A stretch of 64,000 nucleotides of DNA from a virus (Duplodnaviria; Caudoviricetes): positions 699-64,698 of the IMG/VR virus record IMGVR_UViG_3300037882_000231; one strand, written 5' to 3'. Positions 35,066-46,275 of this stretch are shown one piece after another (position 1 is the first letter of the stretch; each line of letters begins with the position of its first letter). Both the position numbers and the translations under genes were made by a program. The notes under the pieces were generated by a model. That model searched no databases and was not told the DNA's origin. It saw only the letters and a list, made by a program, of their open reading frames with translations.

Positions 35066-38000
35066 TTACAACCATCCTTAGCGTCAACTTTGTGACAAAC
35101 CCTTCTTCCCACGAGTGGGTGACTGAGGTAACCATCCATCTATCATCGCTATCCACACCAAGTTCTGGGTGAGACACTCTTACAATGTCACCTGGCTCAA
35201 TGAGCGGATTTCCAAAAACCTCTGCATCCAATGTATCACAATTTAGGGTTTGGTTCTTTAAAATCCATCTCATCAACTTCTTAGCCGCGTGCCTAGACTG
35301 AATCAGAGAAGAGGATATTTCCACTGGAATCTTGCCGTATAATTCCTCAGATTGCTTAGCCCTTGCTACGAACACCTCGGCCTCATCATCACCAGAGAAG
35401 GCTAGATCATCTAGTGTTAGGGTCCTATCCTCCTGCTGAATTGGATAACCAACCACACCAAGCCTTCCAGTCTCATCAAGAATTACCGGTGTCCTAGATG
35501 CGTTCGCTACCACCATTTCGACCTTGAATGGGTCGGCCCTGAATACTGGCATCCTGGCCTCTGACGCATAACCACCATAAGGCTCAGGATTGATAACTGG
35601 GGCATTATCCATTTCCGACCTGATAATCTGAACCTCATGGACCATAGGACCAAACTCAGATAGCCCCATCAATTCATACTTGTTGGTCAGGTCCATGTAG
35701 TTCTTGAAGTCACCAAACAGCCTTCTCGTGCCGCTATCCCACCACTCAGGCGGCCCAGAAGCAGAATTAAGTGCGTCCTTTGTCGTGAACTTAGTCCAAC
35801 TGACGGCGGAATCATTTGTTGCGCCATCGATTGTCGCTACGTCAGAACGGTTAGACCACCAGACGTAATCAAAGTCAGCCATTGTGCGGGAGCGAACATA
35901 TGGCCCAATCACTGCTGTCTTTCTGATCCCATCCGCTGATGTAATTTTGTATTTGCACACAAACCTGCCGTTGACGTAAGCAGCCATAGTTGGGAAGCCA
36001 TCAAAGTTTCCGAAGTACGCAAGTTCAAGGTGTGTGTAGTAGTTATCGTCTCCCTTAGCGGTCGGGTTAGATGAGCCGCGAACGAGTGGAATTGGCGCAG
36101 TTCCACTAGCCTTTATGTGAAATCTATCGTTGATAACGTGATAGATTTTTACATTCGCTACGTCTGTTCCAGCCACCTTGGTTGGAGTAATCTCCGCTGT
36201 CCAGCCATTAAGCCTATAGCCAGGATTGCTTCCAGTGTAGTAAAGCCACATACCAACGCCAGCACGAGACTCTGGCCTATAACCAGCCTTCATGTCCGAC
36301 CTACCAATCATGCCGATACCTGCTCCAACCCTCACTGGAATAATGTTAGTATTATTGACAGTATCAACATACCACTGGGCTGAATGAGCGATGGCGTCCC
36401 ACACGTTGCTCGCTCCGCGCGCTTCCAGGTCCTCCTTAGTTGTGCCAGTCATTCTAATTGCAGAATTAGAACCGCGCCTGATGACACTGCCAGGATTTGT
36501 CACTGACCCCCTAAGGTTAGATGTGTTTCCACCCTTGTATCTCCAAGTTGCAGAGCCGTACCATGAGCCATTGGGATACTTGATCTTGAAGTTAGATGAA
36601 GAGATGCTTGGACATGTTTTCCACGAACTCCAGCCGCCTGACTTGGTGTAAGGATAGAACTTTGATGTGTCAACCCAGTGTTCTGCGGCAACAGAATTAA
36701 ACTTCCCTCTACCATTAAATGGAATCCTAAGTTTACCTGTGAAGTACAGCCTAGACTCTGGCTGCATGGAGTTCTCGATGGTGTGAAGTTCTTCTCCGCT
36801 AGTTACCCAAACAGTGGTATAGTTTGGAGAGCCATACGGCCTGTAGAAGTATTGCTTGGCGTCATAAGCGATAACCTCGGAGTCAACCATTACATAGCCT
36901 GTATATCCAAAGAACGCTCCAGATTCCTGATCAATTGACATCGAGGTTGCCCCAGATGCTGGAAGGTTATCAACTAGCGCAGCAGCACCCAGAACTGAGT
37001 TCTCTGCTTGCCACACGGACTCCTTCATGGGCTTCCTTCTCTGCCACCACATAGCCTTACCACCGCCACCGGCCTCGACAAGCCTGGTCTTGACGTAGTG
37101 ATGCTTGTAATCGATCCTTACATCATTTACTGGCTTACCCTGCTTCCTCTCGATTGACTTAATATTTGGAAGTTCGCTATTTCCAGCATCATACCTTAAC
37201 CAGAAATCCTCGACCCTTGACGAATCAAGCAGGTATTCCTTCGTGTAAACCTGGAATATATTGTCAGAGTCAAACGACATCGCAGCCTGATACGCAGATG
37301 CAATATCCGCCATGGCGTCATAGATCGTACCCTCGTTGACATAGTAGTAAGGGATTGAAATGTCATCTTCAACGTCGTAGTAGTTGAACACCATATCTGA
37401 TACACCGGCATAGTCGAGCAACTGACGAACGATTTCAGAAATCCTATTGTTCATAATCAACATACCACGAATGTCCACTGACTGTAAATGCTTCATTCCG
37501 TCTACGCAGGAGAACGAAATGTTGTAGTCACCAGTCGTAGTCGGCTCATCGATTATTCCATAAGAGACACGAGAGATGTCAAACTGATTTGGGGCCAACT
37601 CTACAGAGTTGTAAATGTCAATATTCGAACCCCTGGCCTCGTGCGAGTAAAGGATAGAGCCTGGGTTATCAAAGTCTAACAGGCCTTCATAGTTGGACAG
37701 TGTTACCTCTGAGGTATTCGACGAAATCGATCCTACTAGTAGGGCTGAGTCATCCTCGGCCAGGTTCTGTGTAGTGGTAGAGGAAATCATTACGTCAGTC
37801 ACGTTGAGAGAAAGCCTAGGCGACAACTCAATGAACGAAAGACCAGCGTTTGCTGGACCCTCTGTGACAAGGACCCTTAGACCGAAAATCTTGACAGCGT
37901 TATTGATAGGAACATTAGATAGATTATCGATGTCCGTTACCGATGGTGTCTGTGTCCAGTCACCCTTATAGTAGTAAAGACGAAGGATTCCATCACTCGG

Positions 38001-38654
38001 CCAGCCAGCGTCATTGTCGCTAAACACTGTAGTCCACGTTCCAGACGATGCTCGCTCACCAGCCAAAATCTGTACCTTATACTGCAAAGGCTTAGTTCTC
38101 CATGCACCTCCCTCGTTGCGATGCGTCTCCACGGAAACTTTGATCTTATTGACCCACATGCTTTGTGAATACTTAACGAATGGACTAGAGTTCCACACGC
38201 CACTTACTGGCGCAGCCGAACGCCAATACTTGTAGGGAGCATCTGCCTCGCAGCAGTAAAGCCTGCAATAGGGGGATGGTACTGGCTGATTTGTTTCATC
38301 AGCGGCAAGGTGTACGATTCCTGGGCCATACCTGTTCAGGCCCAAAATGCTTGATACAGGGAATGTTTCATTGTAAACGCCGTCTGCCTCATCGATATAT
38401 CTTAGTTGCTCAAGGTCTGTACTAGCCATACCCTCGTTGATTGGCGCAAACGTCCTCACAAACCTAGTAGCGAACTTAGCCCCGTCTACGGCTCCGTCCG
38501 TCTCGTTGTAGGTGTTGTTTGCTGTGCTTGGGTAATACCCAACGTAGTCATAGTTGACACCAGCATTACCATTCAACTCAAGGATCGCCATTACATGCTC
38601 ATCGACCTTGGGTGCCCTCGCGTATGTTGCCTGGGCTACGGCTGATCCTCTCAC
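35058..38654 (-). CDS. minor tail protein (baseplate hub/Tal-like)
   Basis: 1198 aa; C-terminal hub signature FGNPLIEPGDIVRV...W.VTSV.HS. Confidence 0.82.
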   Translation of the reverse strand: MRGSAVAQATYARAPKVDEHVMAILELNGNAGVNYDYVGYYPSTANNTYNETDGAVDGAKFATRFVRTFAPINEGMASTDLEQLRYIDEADGVYNETFPVSSILGLNRYGPGIVHLAADETNQPVPSPYCRLYCCEADAPYKYWRSAAPVSGVWNSSPFVKYSQSMWVNKIKVSVETHRNEGGAWRTKPLQYKVQILAGERASSGTWTTVFSDNDAGWPSDGILRLYYYKGDWTQTPSVTDIDNLSNVPINNAVKIFGLRVLVTEGPANAGLSFIELSPRLSLNVTDVMISSTTTQNLAEDDSALLVGSISSNTSEVTLSNYEGLLDFDNPGSILYSHEARGSNIDIYNSVELAPNQFDISRVSYGIIDEPTTTGDYNISFSCVDGMKHLQSVDIRGMLIMNNRISEIVRQLLDYAGVSDMVFNYYDVEDDISIPYYYVNEGTIYDAMADIASAYQAAMSFDSDNIFQVYTKEYLLDSSRVEDFWLRYDAGNSELPNIKSIERKQGKPVNDVRIDYKHHYVKTRLVEAGGGGKAMWWQRRKPMKESVWQAENSVLGAAALVDNLPASGATSMSIDQESGAFFGYTGYVMVDSEVIAYDAKQYFYRPYGSPNYTTVWVTSGEELHTIENSMQPESRLYFTGKLRIPFNGRGKFNSVAAEHWVDTSKFYPYTKSGGWSSWKTCPSISSSNFKIKYPNGSWYGSATWRYKGGNTSNLRGSVTNPGSVIRRGSNSAIRMTGTTKEDLEARGASNVWDAIAHSAQWYVDTVNNTNIIPVRVGAGIGMIGRSDMKAGYRPESRAGVGMWLYYTGSNPGYRLNGWTAEITPTKVAGTDVANVKIYHVINDRFHIKASGTAPIPLVRGSSNPTAKGDDNYYTHLELAYFGNFDGFPTMAAYVNGRFVCKYKITSADGIRKTAVIGPYVRSRTMADFDYVWWSNRSDVATIDGATNDSAVSWTKFTTKDALNSASGPPEWWDSGTRRLFGDFKNYMDLTNKYELMGLSEFGPMVHEVQIIRSEMDNAPVINPEPYGGYASEARMPVFRADPFKVEMVVANASRTPVILDETGRLGVVGYPIQQEDRTLTLDDLAFSGDDEAEVFVARAKQSEELYGKIPVEISSSLIQSRHAAKKLMRWILKNQTLNCDTLDAEVFGNPLIEPGDIVRVSHPELGVDSDDRWMVTSVTHSWEEGFVTKLTLRMVVNV

Positions 38655-39118
38655 GCTTCCTCCAGACTTAGACTAATCTCCCAAAAGTCAAAGTCTTTTC
38701 CTCGCTTTTGGATTGATGCGCTAAAGTCTTTGAAGAAAACGTCGTATACTCCGAACGTCTGCCATGAAATGAGATCACCAGCCTGGTCGTTGTCCGCAAA
38801 TAGGCCTAGTCTGAACTGTCCCTTCACAGCCTTGTGAAAGTTAATCAAGTCATTTGCAGACGAGTAACCATCTGCTACAACATTCTGTGTACCAACGTGC
38901 GACCTAGATGGAAGCATTTCCCATGAGCACGACCATGAGCGCTTATCAGCAATGAACTTAGACCTCATGGTACCGTTCGCCATTCTTTCGCGCTTCTCAA
39001 TTCTCTCAACCTCAACCTCAAGGGGTGACCTACCGTGGTCGGTTACGCGGAAGTCCGTTCCAGAAAGATAATCCGCTGATCTAAAAACCATTAGCGATGG
39101 CCTGTAGAAGTAACTCAT
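38651..39118 (-). CDS. distal tail (Dit-like) minor tail protein
   Basis: directly after the tape measure; RMANGTMR...W.MLPS...SLEEA. Confidence 0.75.
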   Translation of the reverse strand: MSYFYRPSLMVFRSADYLSGTDFRVTDHGRSPLEVEVERIEKRERMANGTMRSKFIADKRSWSCSWEMLPSRSHVGTQNVVADGYSSANDLINFHKAVKGQFRLGLFADNDQAGDLISWQTFGVYDVFFKDFSASIQKRGKDFDFWEISLSLEEA

Positions 39119-42100
39119 CTGCGACCGACCCTCTTCTGAGCGCTATCAATGCGCTTGAATACCTCGTCGGCAACCTCGCTGGCGCTTTGTCCTGGCTGCT
39201 GGTGAATATCAATCTTGAACGAGTGAGTGCTCTGGTCGATGTTACTTGCCTTGTGGTCCATGTCTTTAATTATACCAGGAACGCTACGGATTCCCTGAAT
39301 TCCATCTTCTAGGGCCGAGGCGACAGGTGCCCTAAGCACGGCTTCCTGCTTGTGGAGGTTGGCAAGGGTGTTATCCTTTAGGACTGTTCCACCCTTCTTT
39401 AGTTGCAGCGCGCGAGCATTTAGATCCTCAGTCCATCCCTGGAACCTAAGCGAACCTCCATATGAATTCATTGGCCTGGTTCCGACCTTTCCAAGTCCAG
39501 CCGCGTCAGTTGAACGCACCTTTCCGTTTCCAACATACATCGCAACGTGACCATACCCCTGTGATCCACCGGTCCAGAAAACAGGAGCACCAATCTTTGG
39601 ATTAGCGTTACGGTGTTTCTTTGTTGAATTCTCCCATGCAACCGCAGCGGAACCATAAAGACCTGGAACGTTCCACCATTCACGAACCTGGCGCAAACAG
39701 TATCCAACCTCGTTTGTGAAGTCAGACATAGCGCGTGCAACCGCAGCCTGAGCCTGTGGGCTTACACCAGTCATATCAATGCCGGACCAGTCAGGTGCCA
39801 CACCTGGCATACCAACATTTCCTGCTACACCACTTGGTACACCGTACTTTTCCTTAGCCTTCTTTGGGAAGTATTCATCATGAGCGAACTTAAGGACCTT
39901 CTCCGTCAACTTACCGCGAACCTTCTCACCGAGAATTGCGCCTAGTCCGCTAGGAGATCCCTTTCCTTCGTCGTGTGGGCTAACGTTTCCATAGTTGACA
40001 CTGTTTAGGAAATCCTTTCCGTACTTCTGAACAGCCTGTCGCCTAACAACAAACTCACCGGACTGTAGTGTTGTTGGAACTTCGTCTGTTCTGAATCCGC
40101 CACTTCTGGTTCCGTCAGGCGATACCATTCCACCAGTGTGAAGAGTTCCTGGTCGTCCACCTGGATAGGCGGGGAGAGTAGACTTGTTTGGAGTTGGTGC
40201 GACACCCCTTCCACCTACTCTAGTTTCTGGGTTATCTGCATACCACTTAGCAGTCCTGCGAGCAGCCTCATTCTCGATTCCAAGGACATTCAAAACATCT
40301 GCCCATGCATCAAGGAGTTGTGAAGTAATGTTTCTCTTAAACTCCGCTGTCTTCGCTGGGCCCCAGCCCAACTTGTTAGCAAGGTCGGTAACAATAATGT
40401 CCGTGCTCTTTCTCAACTTTTCCTGGGAAAGTTTACCAGCAGCCGCCTGCCTATCAAGTTCAGCAATTTGTGCATCGGCCGTTGCAACAGCATCATCACG
40501 AGCCTTTACCTCACGGTCGTACTGTGCCTGACGCATCTTCTTTTGACCGGCGATGTAACTTTCCTTCTGCTCCCTGAATGACTCCATCGCCTCCTGCCTG
40601 CGCTCCTGAGCCTTCTGGAAGGCCTTGTCTTCCGCTTCGCCAACCTTGTTAATGGCATCGATCTTATCCTGCTGCTTATCAATCTCAGCCTGAATTCCAT
40701 CGATAACCTTTTGCTTAGCCGCAACCTTCTTGTCGTACTCCTTATCAATGGCATCACCAGTCTGCTCGTACTGGTAATCCTCCTGCTCCTGGCTCTGCTG
40801 ATTACCAAGCCTTAGAGCGCCAACAACGTCACCGCTAGATACGGCCTCCTGGTACTCTGCCTCCAACTGGTTCTGAGACTTGAAGAAGTCAGAAGCCTTT
40901 TTGGCGTCCTCAAGAGCCTTCTTCTTTGCGTCGCGCTCCTTCTCGATCTTGTCGATTGTATCCTCGACCTTATCGATCTCCTTTTGCTTAGCGTCAATTG
41001 ACTCTTCGATCTTGTCAATCTCGGCCTCGCGCGCTTCCTTAGCGGCCTCGGCAGCCTTCTGTGCAGCCTTGTCTGCCTTCTCCATTCCCTTGAGACGGGC
41101 GTCATAATTCTTTGCAGCGCGATCCTCAAGTGGCTCGATCTTCGTCTGCTCCTTGATGTACGACTGTGCAGCATTGGTCGCCTGATCGAATATCGAGAAC
41201 TGTTCAGTTAGCGCAACAGTCTCACGAACAGTCAAGTTGATAAGAATATCTCTAGGGAGAATATTCAACTTTCCTAGCATACTATCTAAGAGTGACTCAG
41301 CGTCCTTACCAGATGCCTGAAAATCTTCAAACGATCCAAGGGCGTCACCAAGTCCTGGTGAAATTTGGTTAACCTGATCAACCAGGATGCCCCACGACTG
41401 CACGTTAAATCCACCAGCGTCAACGGCGTCGGCAACGCTAGAGAGTTGATCTGCAAACGTTTTAACAATAACGCCAGTATCGCCAGTTCCAAGGGCCCCC
41501 TCAATTGCTGGTCCAAACTGATTAGCAAAATCCTTTGCCAATGAATTCATATCACTCTGAGCAATGAGATCGCTTCCACCTGGCAAGTCCTTGCGGAACT
41601 TCATTAGGTCCTTCTTGGCATTAATCTCGGCAACCCTTGCGTCTAACGTATCTTGAAGTGACTGCTTACCTCTTTCCTGTACGGCAGCCCACTGATCAGC
41701 AACATCTGCCTCCTGAGAGATAATCTTGAATAGCATATCAAGTTCAGCCTGCTTGGTCTTTCGCTCTTCGCCTTCATAGAGAGCGTTAACAACACCGGTC
41801 TGCTGCCTGTAAGAGTTCTCAAATACCTTAATTCTTTCATTCCCTGGGGCCGCTGCCTTTACGTTCTCAGTAATATCCTTAGCGTCCTGAGAGTTATCGT
41901 AGGCTTGCTGAGCCTTATTACGCATCGCAGGGTCCTTAGTTCCCTCTGGGTCTGCAACGGCATCCTTGAACTCTCTTGGCTTGATGCCAATCATTCCCCA
42001 CTTTGTCTCTCTAGACTTAGCGTCGCGCTCCGCTTCCTTACGATTCTTATCCCACAACTTATAAATTCCCCAAATTGCCAATCCTGCACCGGCAAGTCCG

Positions 42101-45100
42101 AGCATTAATGGAGCATTTGGTAGAAGCATTGACCCTAGAGAGGCGACACCACCCTTGAATGACTTAATTCCCTCGGCAAGCCCACCGGCCCTCATCATTC
42201 TAGTGGAGACTATCGTCTGAGCAGCAAACAACTGCACAGCAGCACGGGCATTGCCAAGGTGCTTACCAAACTGTGTCATTGCACTAGCAGCGGGGCCAGC
42301 AGCCATAGCAATCATACTTACCGCTGTGAGAGACATACCGAGTTGACTGGCCGTCTCGTTTCCAGTAAGCATTCCAACACCCATAGCGCCCATACCGGCA
42401 GACATTGTTCTACCCTCTGCCTTATTAAAGAACGTTCCAGCCTTCGATGATGTTCCACCCGCTGACTCCTGAACGTTAGCAGCAACCTCAACATCCGCTG
42501 CGGTAAGAAGTCTCCTAGACGCGTCCTTAATGGTGTCGGCAGATGTTAGTTGCTGCGCCGCTGCGCGCGCTGCCTGTTCAGATGCAGTGATAGACTTCTG
42601 TGCGGCGCGCTCCTGAGTAATTGCGGCACGCGCCTGAGCCTTGGCTGCCTCCATCTCTACTCTAGCCGCCTGAATTTCAGTAGCAACGTCCTTGCCCATT
42701 GCGGCAACAATTGGAGCAAGTGACGCCCTTAACTGTGTCGCCATCGTTCCGCTCTGCCCCTTCAAGGCATTCTGAATTGCCGAAACATAAGCAGCACTGT
42801 TGCCCTTTAGATCACCGGTCGCTCTGCGCTCCATGATTGGCGCAAGTGTCTTTGACAAAGCAGAGTTGCTCTTGGAGACAAAACTATTAATACTTTTTGT
42901 CATCGAAGTCATTCCACTTGAAACGACCTTCTTTGACGCAGCAGACTCAGCCTCCAAAATACCAAGTCTCTCCTTTGCCGCCCTGTACCTCTCTTTAGAC
43001 TCTGCAACGGCTGCATCTTTTTCCAGCCTAGCCTTTTCTCTAAGTTCGCCAGTCGAGTCCTGAATGTCAAGTTCCGCCGCCTCCCTTAGAAGTGAGAGAT
43101 CTGAGATCAACTGCTCAATGGGCTTTCCGGTTGATGCGCTCACTCTTGCCAACTCATCCATTTTCTGGAGCAAGCCAGTCAGGGATGCGTCGTACCTTGA
43201 CTTAATCTCTGGGTCTGCCAAAAAGTCCTGTGTCTTAGCACTCTTTCCAAGAGTCCTAAATCCTGTTTCATTTCCAGTGTTTTGCGCCACGGCTGCCATT
43301 CCAGCAATTGCTAGATTCGCTCCCGGATTATTAGACCATACCTGACCAGGATTTTGCATGACGCCACCGTTCCTAGCGCTATTTGGAAGTTCCGCTTCAT
43401 ACATTTGTGGAACATACCCTCTATCTGGTGTTCCTGCGCGCCTCTTCCAATCTGCTTCGGGAATGCTGTGGCTAGCAACGAGCCCAGCCTCTGGCGAACC
43501 AAACCTTCCACCTGTTGCAGAGTAAAGAGCGGCGGAATACTTGTAAGTTCCAGAACTACCCCTGCCGCTACCAGTTGACTTGCCCTGTAGGTCCTGATTA
43601 ATCCTATCAAGGTCTTCCCTGTTTACATACTTTGGATCTATAGAGGCGAGGACAAATGTTCTCATCTTGTCCGCTATCTGACGGCCTGTCTGACTATCCC
43701 CAATCTCACGAATTACTCCCTCGTGAATCATATCCCCTACGGCCCTAAAGTCGTCTGGCGTTATTGCATCATACATAGCAGGAGCGACTTGTGCTCCGAT
43801 CCTATCCATCATTTCACCAAATTGAGGGAACTGGGTTTCTACATTCGCTCTTAGTGACTCAACCGTTCCAGTACTTCTGAAATCAACGTAATCTCTGGCT
43901 AGAGTGGGGTCAGCGGCGATAACTGCATTTGAACTCTTTTCTGTCGCCTCGGCCCACGCGGCACTAGAAAGGCCATTCGCTGCCGCTCCGTAAGGAAGTG
44001 ACGCTCCCTTAGTTCCAGGGATCGATGCGCTCATTTGAGCGCCAGTCATAGCCTTCGCTCCATTCGCAACCGCTGCCTGAGCGCCAGCCAATTCCTTAAG
44101 TTCTAGAACCTGCTTCTCTAGAAGTGCATTGATTTCCTTGAGCGCAGCAGCCTCATCGAACTGTGCGTTAACAAGGTTCTCCATTGCAACAGTAGCGGCC
44201 ATAGAGTCCTGTGTAAGCATAGAGAACATTCCACCGCCGCGTCCACGAAGCATCGCCCAGCCCTTCTTCAACTGACCAATGAAGTTACCAAAAACACCGA
44301 GGATCATTAGGAATGGACCAATCAATGCGGCAACGCCAGCAAGCCCACCAAGGAGCCCCTTGATTGGGTCTGGCAACTGCTCAAAGATTTCAAGGACAGA
44401 TGATGCCGTCTTTAGAACAAGGGTGAAGACCTTAGTGATGGCCTCACCAATTGGAATAAGGTTTGCCTTAAATGACTCTACCGCGCGCTGCCACTTCATG
44501 CTAGTGGACTCAGTCAGACGGCCCATTTCTCGATCAGAGTTAGCCTTTAGGTCAGCAGCGCTTGCTCCCATAAGGTCGAACACTTGCATCGTCTGACTAC
44601 CCTTCTTTCCAAGGTTGTCAAACAGTGCAGAGATACGAGCGAACTGGTACTTACCGAAGATTTCTTCAATCAACTTAGCGCGAGAGAAATCATCTAGCCC
44701 GTCCAAAGCCTTCTTGAATTCCATAAGAGTTGGAATGAGTTCGCCCTTGTTGCCCTCAACAATTCCAACCAGGTCGATGCCCATTTCCTTAGCGACCTTA
44801 GAGGCCTGCTTGCTTGGGTTAATCATAGATGCCAGACCGGACTTGATGGCGTTCGCGCCTTCGGCTGCGTCAATTCCACCTTCCTTCATGGCTGTCATCA
44901 TAAGAGCCAGATCCTTTACGTCTCCACCAAGTGACCTAACAACCGGGCCAGCCTTTGGAATTGCAATGGTGAGGTCCTGTAGGCTTGTTGAGGTCTGGTT
45001 TTCAACCGCGTTGAGAAAGTCGATTGATCCAGCCAAATCCTCATTGCTGATCTTGAAAGCATTCTGTAGAGAAAGCGTGGCTTCCATCGCTTGCTGGCGG

Positions 45101-45981
45101 TCAACTTCACCCAGCACCGAGAGCCTCATCGCTTCCTTAGTGGAAATTAGAAGGTCTTCACCTTCCTTACCGGTGGCTGCAACCTCAGCAGCGAGCCCAG
45201 CAGTCTCCTTCATCGAGACGCCCCACTCTGCCGCTAGTTCCTTTCCTAGCCCCTTTACGCTGTCCTTGATCTGAGTAATTTCCTGGTCGGTGGCTCCTTC
45301 AATTCCGGCACCATAAACCTTACCCAGGCGAGTCATTTCCTTATCTACTTCAAGGAATACGTTCTTCGCTGCGGCACCGAACATAAGCATAGGAATTGTA
45401 AGACCAACCATGATCTGACGACCGGCCCACTGTGTATTCTTACCCCAGTTAATGGTTGATTCAGCATTCTGTGCTAGAACCCTGTTGTAGATCTTCATTT
45501 CCTGCCTTGCTACGGCAGTCTTTGTTGCAGCATCCTGCATGTTAACACCTAGCGGTGTTGAAACCCTAGCCTGGTCCTTACCCTGTGAGTCCTTGTAGAA
45601 GGACACAACGGACCTAGACATACGAACCTGCTCCTTAGCAAGTTCGGTAATCTCCATTCGACTACCAGAAACATTACGCTTGTAGTCCTTAATAAGTTGT
45701 GACTGCCTAGCCATGGAGAGATTGTTCTTCTCGATGGCCTTACCCAACTGTACCGCACCAGTCTCCATAGAGACAACTCCGGTAGACCACATATTCATGG
45801 CCTTTAGATCACGGGTAAGCCCAGAGTTCATCTGTGCTAGTGAAGAAGTCTTAGCAGCATTCTGAGATGCAAGAATTGCCTCGTTGAGAGACGTAATCTG
45901 CCTACGAAGCCTAAGTGTTGCTGCGGCATAACCACTTGTATCTGCCGAATACTCAATTAATACTCTATGCTTCTCCATCAA
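39115..45981 (-). CDS. tape measure protein with C-terminal CHAP/NlpC-P60-like domain
   Basis: 2288 aa, TP901-type core (NWGKNTQWAGRQ, LNAVENQT), long coiled coil, GYCLRQV...GHVAMYVG. Confidence 0.93.
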   Translation of the reverse strand: MMEKHRVLIEYSADTSGYAAATLRLRRQITSLNEAILASQNAAKTSSLAQMNSGLTRDLKAMNMWSTGVVSMETGAVQLGKAIEKNNLSMARQSQLIKDYKRNVSGSRMEITELAKEQVRMSRSVVSFYKDSQGKDQARVSTPLGVNMQDAATKTAVARQEMKIYNRVLAQNAESTINWGKNTQWAGRQIMVGLTIPMLMFGAAAKNVFLEVDKEMTRLGKVYGAGIEGATDQEITQIKDSVKGLGKELAAEWGVSMKETAGLAAEVAATGKEGEDLLISTKEAMRLSVLGEVDRQQAMEATLSLQNAFKISNEDLAGSIDFLNAVENQTSTSLQDLTIAIPKAGPVVRSLGGDVKDLALMMTAMKEGGIDAAEGANAIKSGLASMINPSKQASKVAKEMGIDLVGIVEGNKGELIPTLMEFKKALDGLDDFSRAKLIEEIFGKYQFARISALFDNLGKKGSQTMQVFDLMGASAADLKANSDREMGRLTESTSMKWQRAVESFKANLIPIGEAITKVFTLVLKTASSVLEIFEQLPDPIKGLLGGLAGVAALIGPFLMILGVFGNFIGQLKKGWAMLRGRGGGMFSMLTQDSMAATVAMENLVNAQFDEAAALKEINALLEKQVLELKELAGAQAAVANGAKAMTGAQMSASIPGTKGASLPYGAAANGLSSAAWAEATEKSSNAVIAADPTLARDYVDFRSTGTVESLRANVETQFPQFGEMMDRIGAQVAPAMYDAITPDDFRAVGDMIHEGVIREIGDSQTGRQIADKMRTFVLASIDPKYVNREDLDRINQDLQGKSTGSGRGSSGTYKYSAALYSATGGRFGSPEAGLVASHSIPEADWKRRAGTPDRGYVPQMYEAELPNSARNGGVMQNPGQVWSNNPGANLAIAGMAAVAQNTGNETGFRTLGKSAKTQDFLADPEIKSRYDASLTGLLQKMDELARVSASTGKPIEQLISDLSLLREAAELDIQDSTGELREKARLEKDAAVAESKERYRAAKERLGILEAESAASKKVVSSGMTSMTKSINSFVSKSNSALSKTLAPIMERRATGDLKGNSAAYVSAIQNALKGQSGTMATQLRASLAPIVAAMGKDVATEIQAARVEMEAAKAQARAAITQERAAQKSITASEQAARAAAQQLTSADTIKDASRRLLTAADVEVAANVQESAGGTSSKAGTFFNKAEGRTMSAGMGAMGVGMLTGNETASQLGMSLTAVSMIAMAAGPAASAMTQFGKHLGNARAAVQLFAAQTIVSTRMMRAGGLAEGIKSFKGGVASLGSMLLPNAPLMLGLAGAGLAIWGIYKLWDKNRKEAERDAKSRETKWGMIGIKPREFKDAVADPEGTKDPAMRNKAQQAYDNSQDAKDITENVKAAAPGNERIKVFENSYRQQTGVVNALYEGEERKTKQAELDMLFKIISQEADVADQWAAVQERGKQSLQDTLDARVAEINAKKDLMKFRKDLPGGSDLIAQSDMNSLAKDFANQFGPAIEGALGTGDTGVIVKTFADQLSSVADAVDAGGFNVQSWGILVDQVNQISPGLGDALGSFEDFQASGKDAESLLDSMLGKLNILPRDILINLTVRETVALTEQFSIFDQATNAAQSYIKEQTKIEPLEDRAAKNYDARLKGMEKADKAAQKAAEAAKEAREAEIDKIEESIDAKQKEIDKVEDTIDKIEKERDAKKKALEDAKKASDFFKSQNQLEAEYQEAVSSGDVVGALRLGNQQSQEQEDYQYEQTGDAIDKEYDKKVAAKQKVIDGIQAEIDKQQDKIDAINKVGEAEDKAFQKAQERRQEAMESFREQKESYIAGQKKMRQAQYDREVKARDDAVATADAQIAELDRQAAAGKLSQEKLRKSTDIIVTDLANKLGWGPAKTAEFKRNITSQLLDAWADVLNVLGIENEAARRTAKWYADNPETRVGGRGVAPTPNKSTLPAYPGGRPGTLHTGGMVSPDGTRSGGFRTDEVPTTLQSGEFVVRRQAVQKYGKDFLNSVNYGNVSPHDEGKGSPSGLGAILGEKVRGKLTEKVLKFAHDEYFPKKAKEKYGVPSGVAGNVGMPGVAPDWSGIDMTGVSPQAQAAVARAMSDFTNEVGYCLRQVREWWNVPGLYGSAAVAWENSTKKHRNANPKIGAPVFWTGGSQGYGHVAMYVGNGKVRSTDAAGLGKVGTRPMNSYGGSLRFQGWTEDLNARALQLKKGGTVLKDNTLANLHKQEAVLRAPVASALEDGIQGIRSVPGIIKDMDHKASNIDQSTHSFKIDIHQQPGQSASEVADEVFKRIDSAQKRVGRR

Positions 45982-46258
45982 TCACCTCGTAACGAATGCC
46001 CCTTACCGCGAGTCTCTCTGGCTCGTCCATTCCTTCGGTATTAGCCGCGCTAGCCTGATGCCAAATTTCAGCAAACTGCTTTTCGGTTTCTTCCTTAGTT
46101 GAACTGCCCGAGCCAAGATCAATACCCTGGATCGCTGCGTGGAACTTCTGTTCTCTCTCCTCCTTCCTGCGTATTGCATCTAGTGTGGCGGTAAGTTCGT
46201 CTAGCGAAAGTGTATCTTCCAATTCCTCAAAATTCTTCCAGTGACCTAGAAGAAACAC
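45965..46258 (-). CDS. tail assembly chaperone, C-terminal (-1 frameshift) part
   Basis: -1 frame is open from the slippery site at 46333: ...WSDIDLTELEGEVFLLGHWKNFEELE. Confidence 0.8.
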   Translation of the reverse strand: MFLLGHWKNFEELEDTLSLDELTATLDAIRRKEEREQKFHAAIQGIDLGSGSSTKEETEKQFAEIWHQASAANTEGMDEPERLAVRGIRYEVIDGEA

Positions 46259-46275
46259 TTCGCCTTCTAACTCCG

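Noticed and set aside
44279-45274. Long plus-strand ORFs opposite the tape measure
   Set aside because: Antisense shadows caused by codon bias
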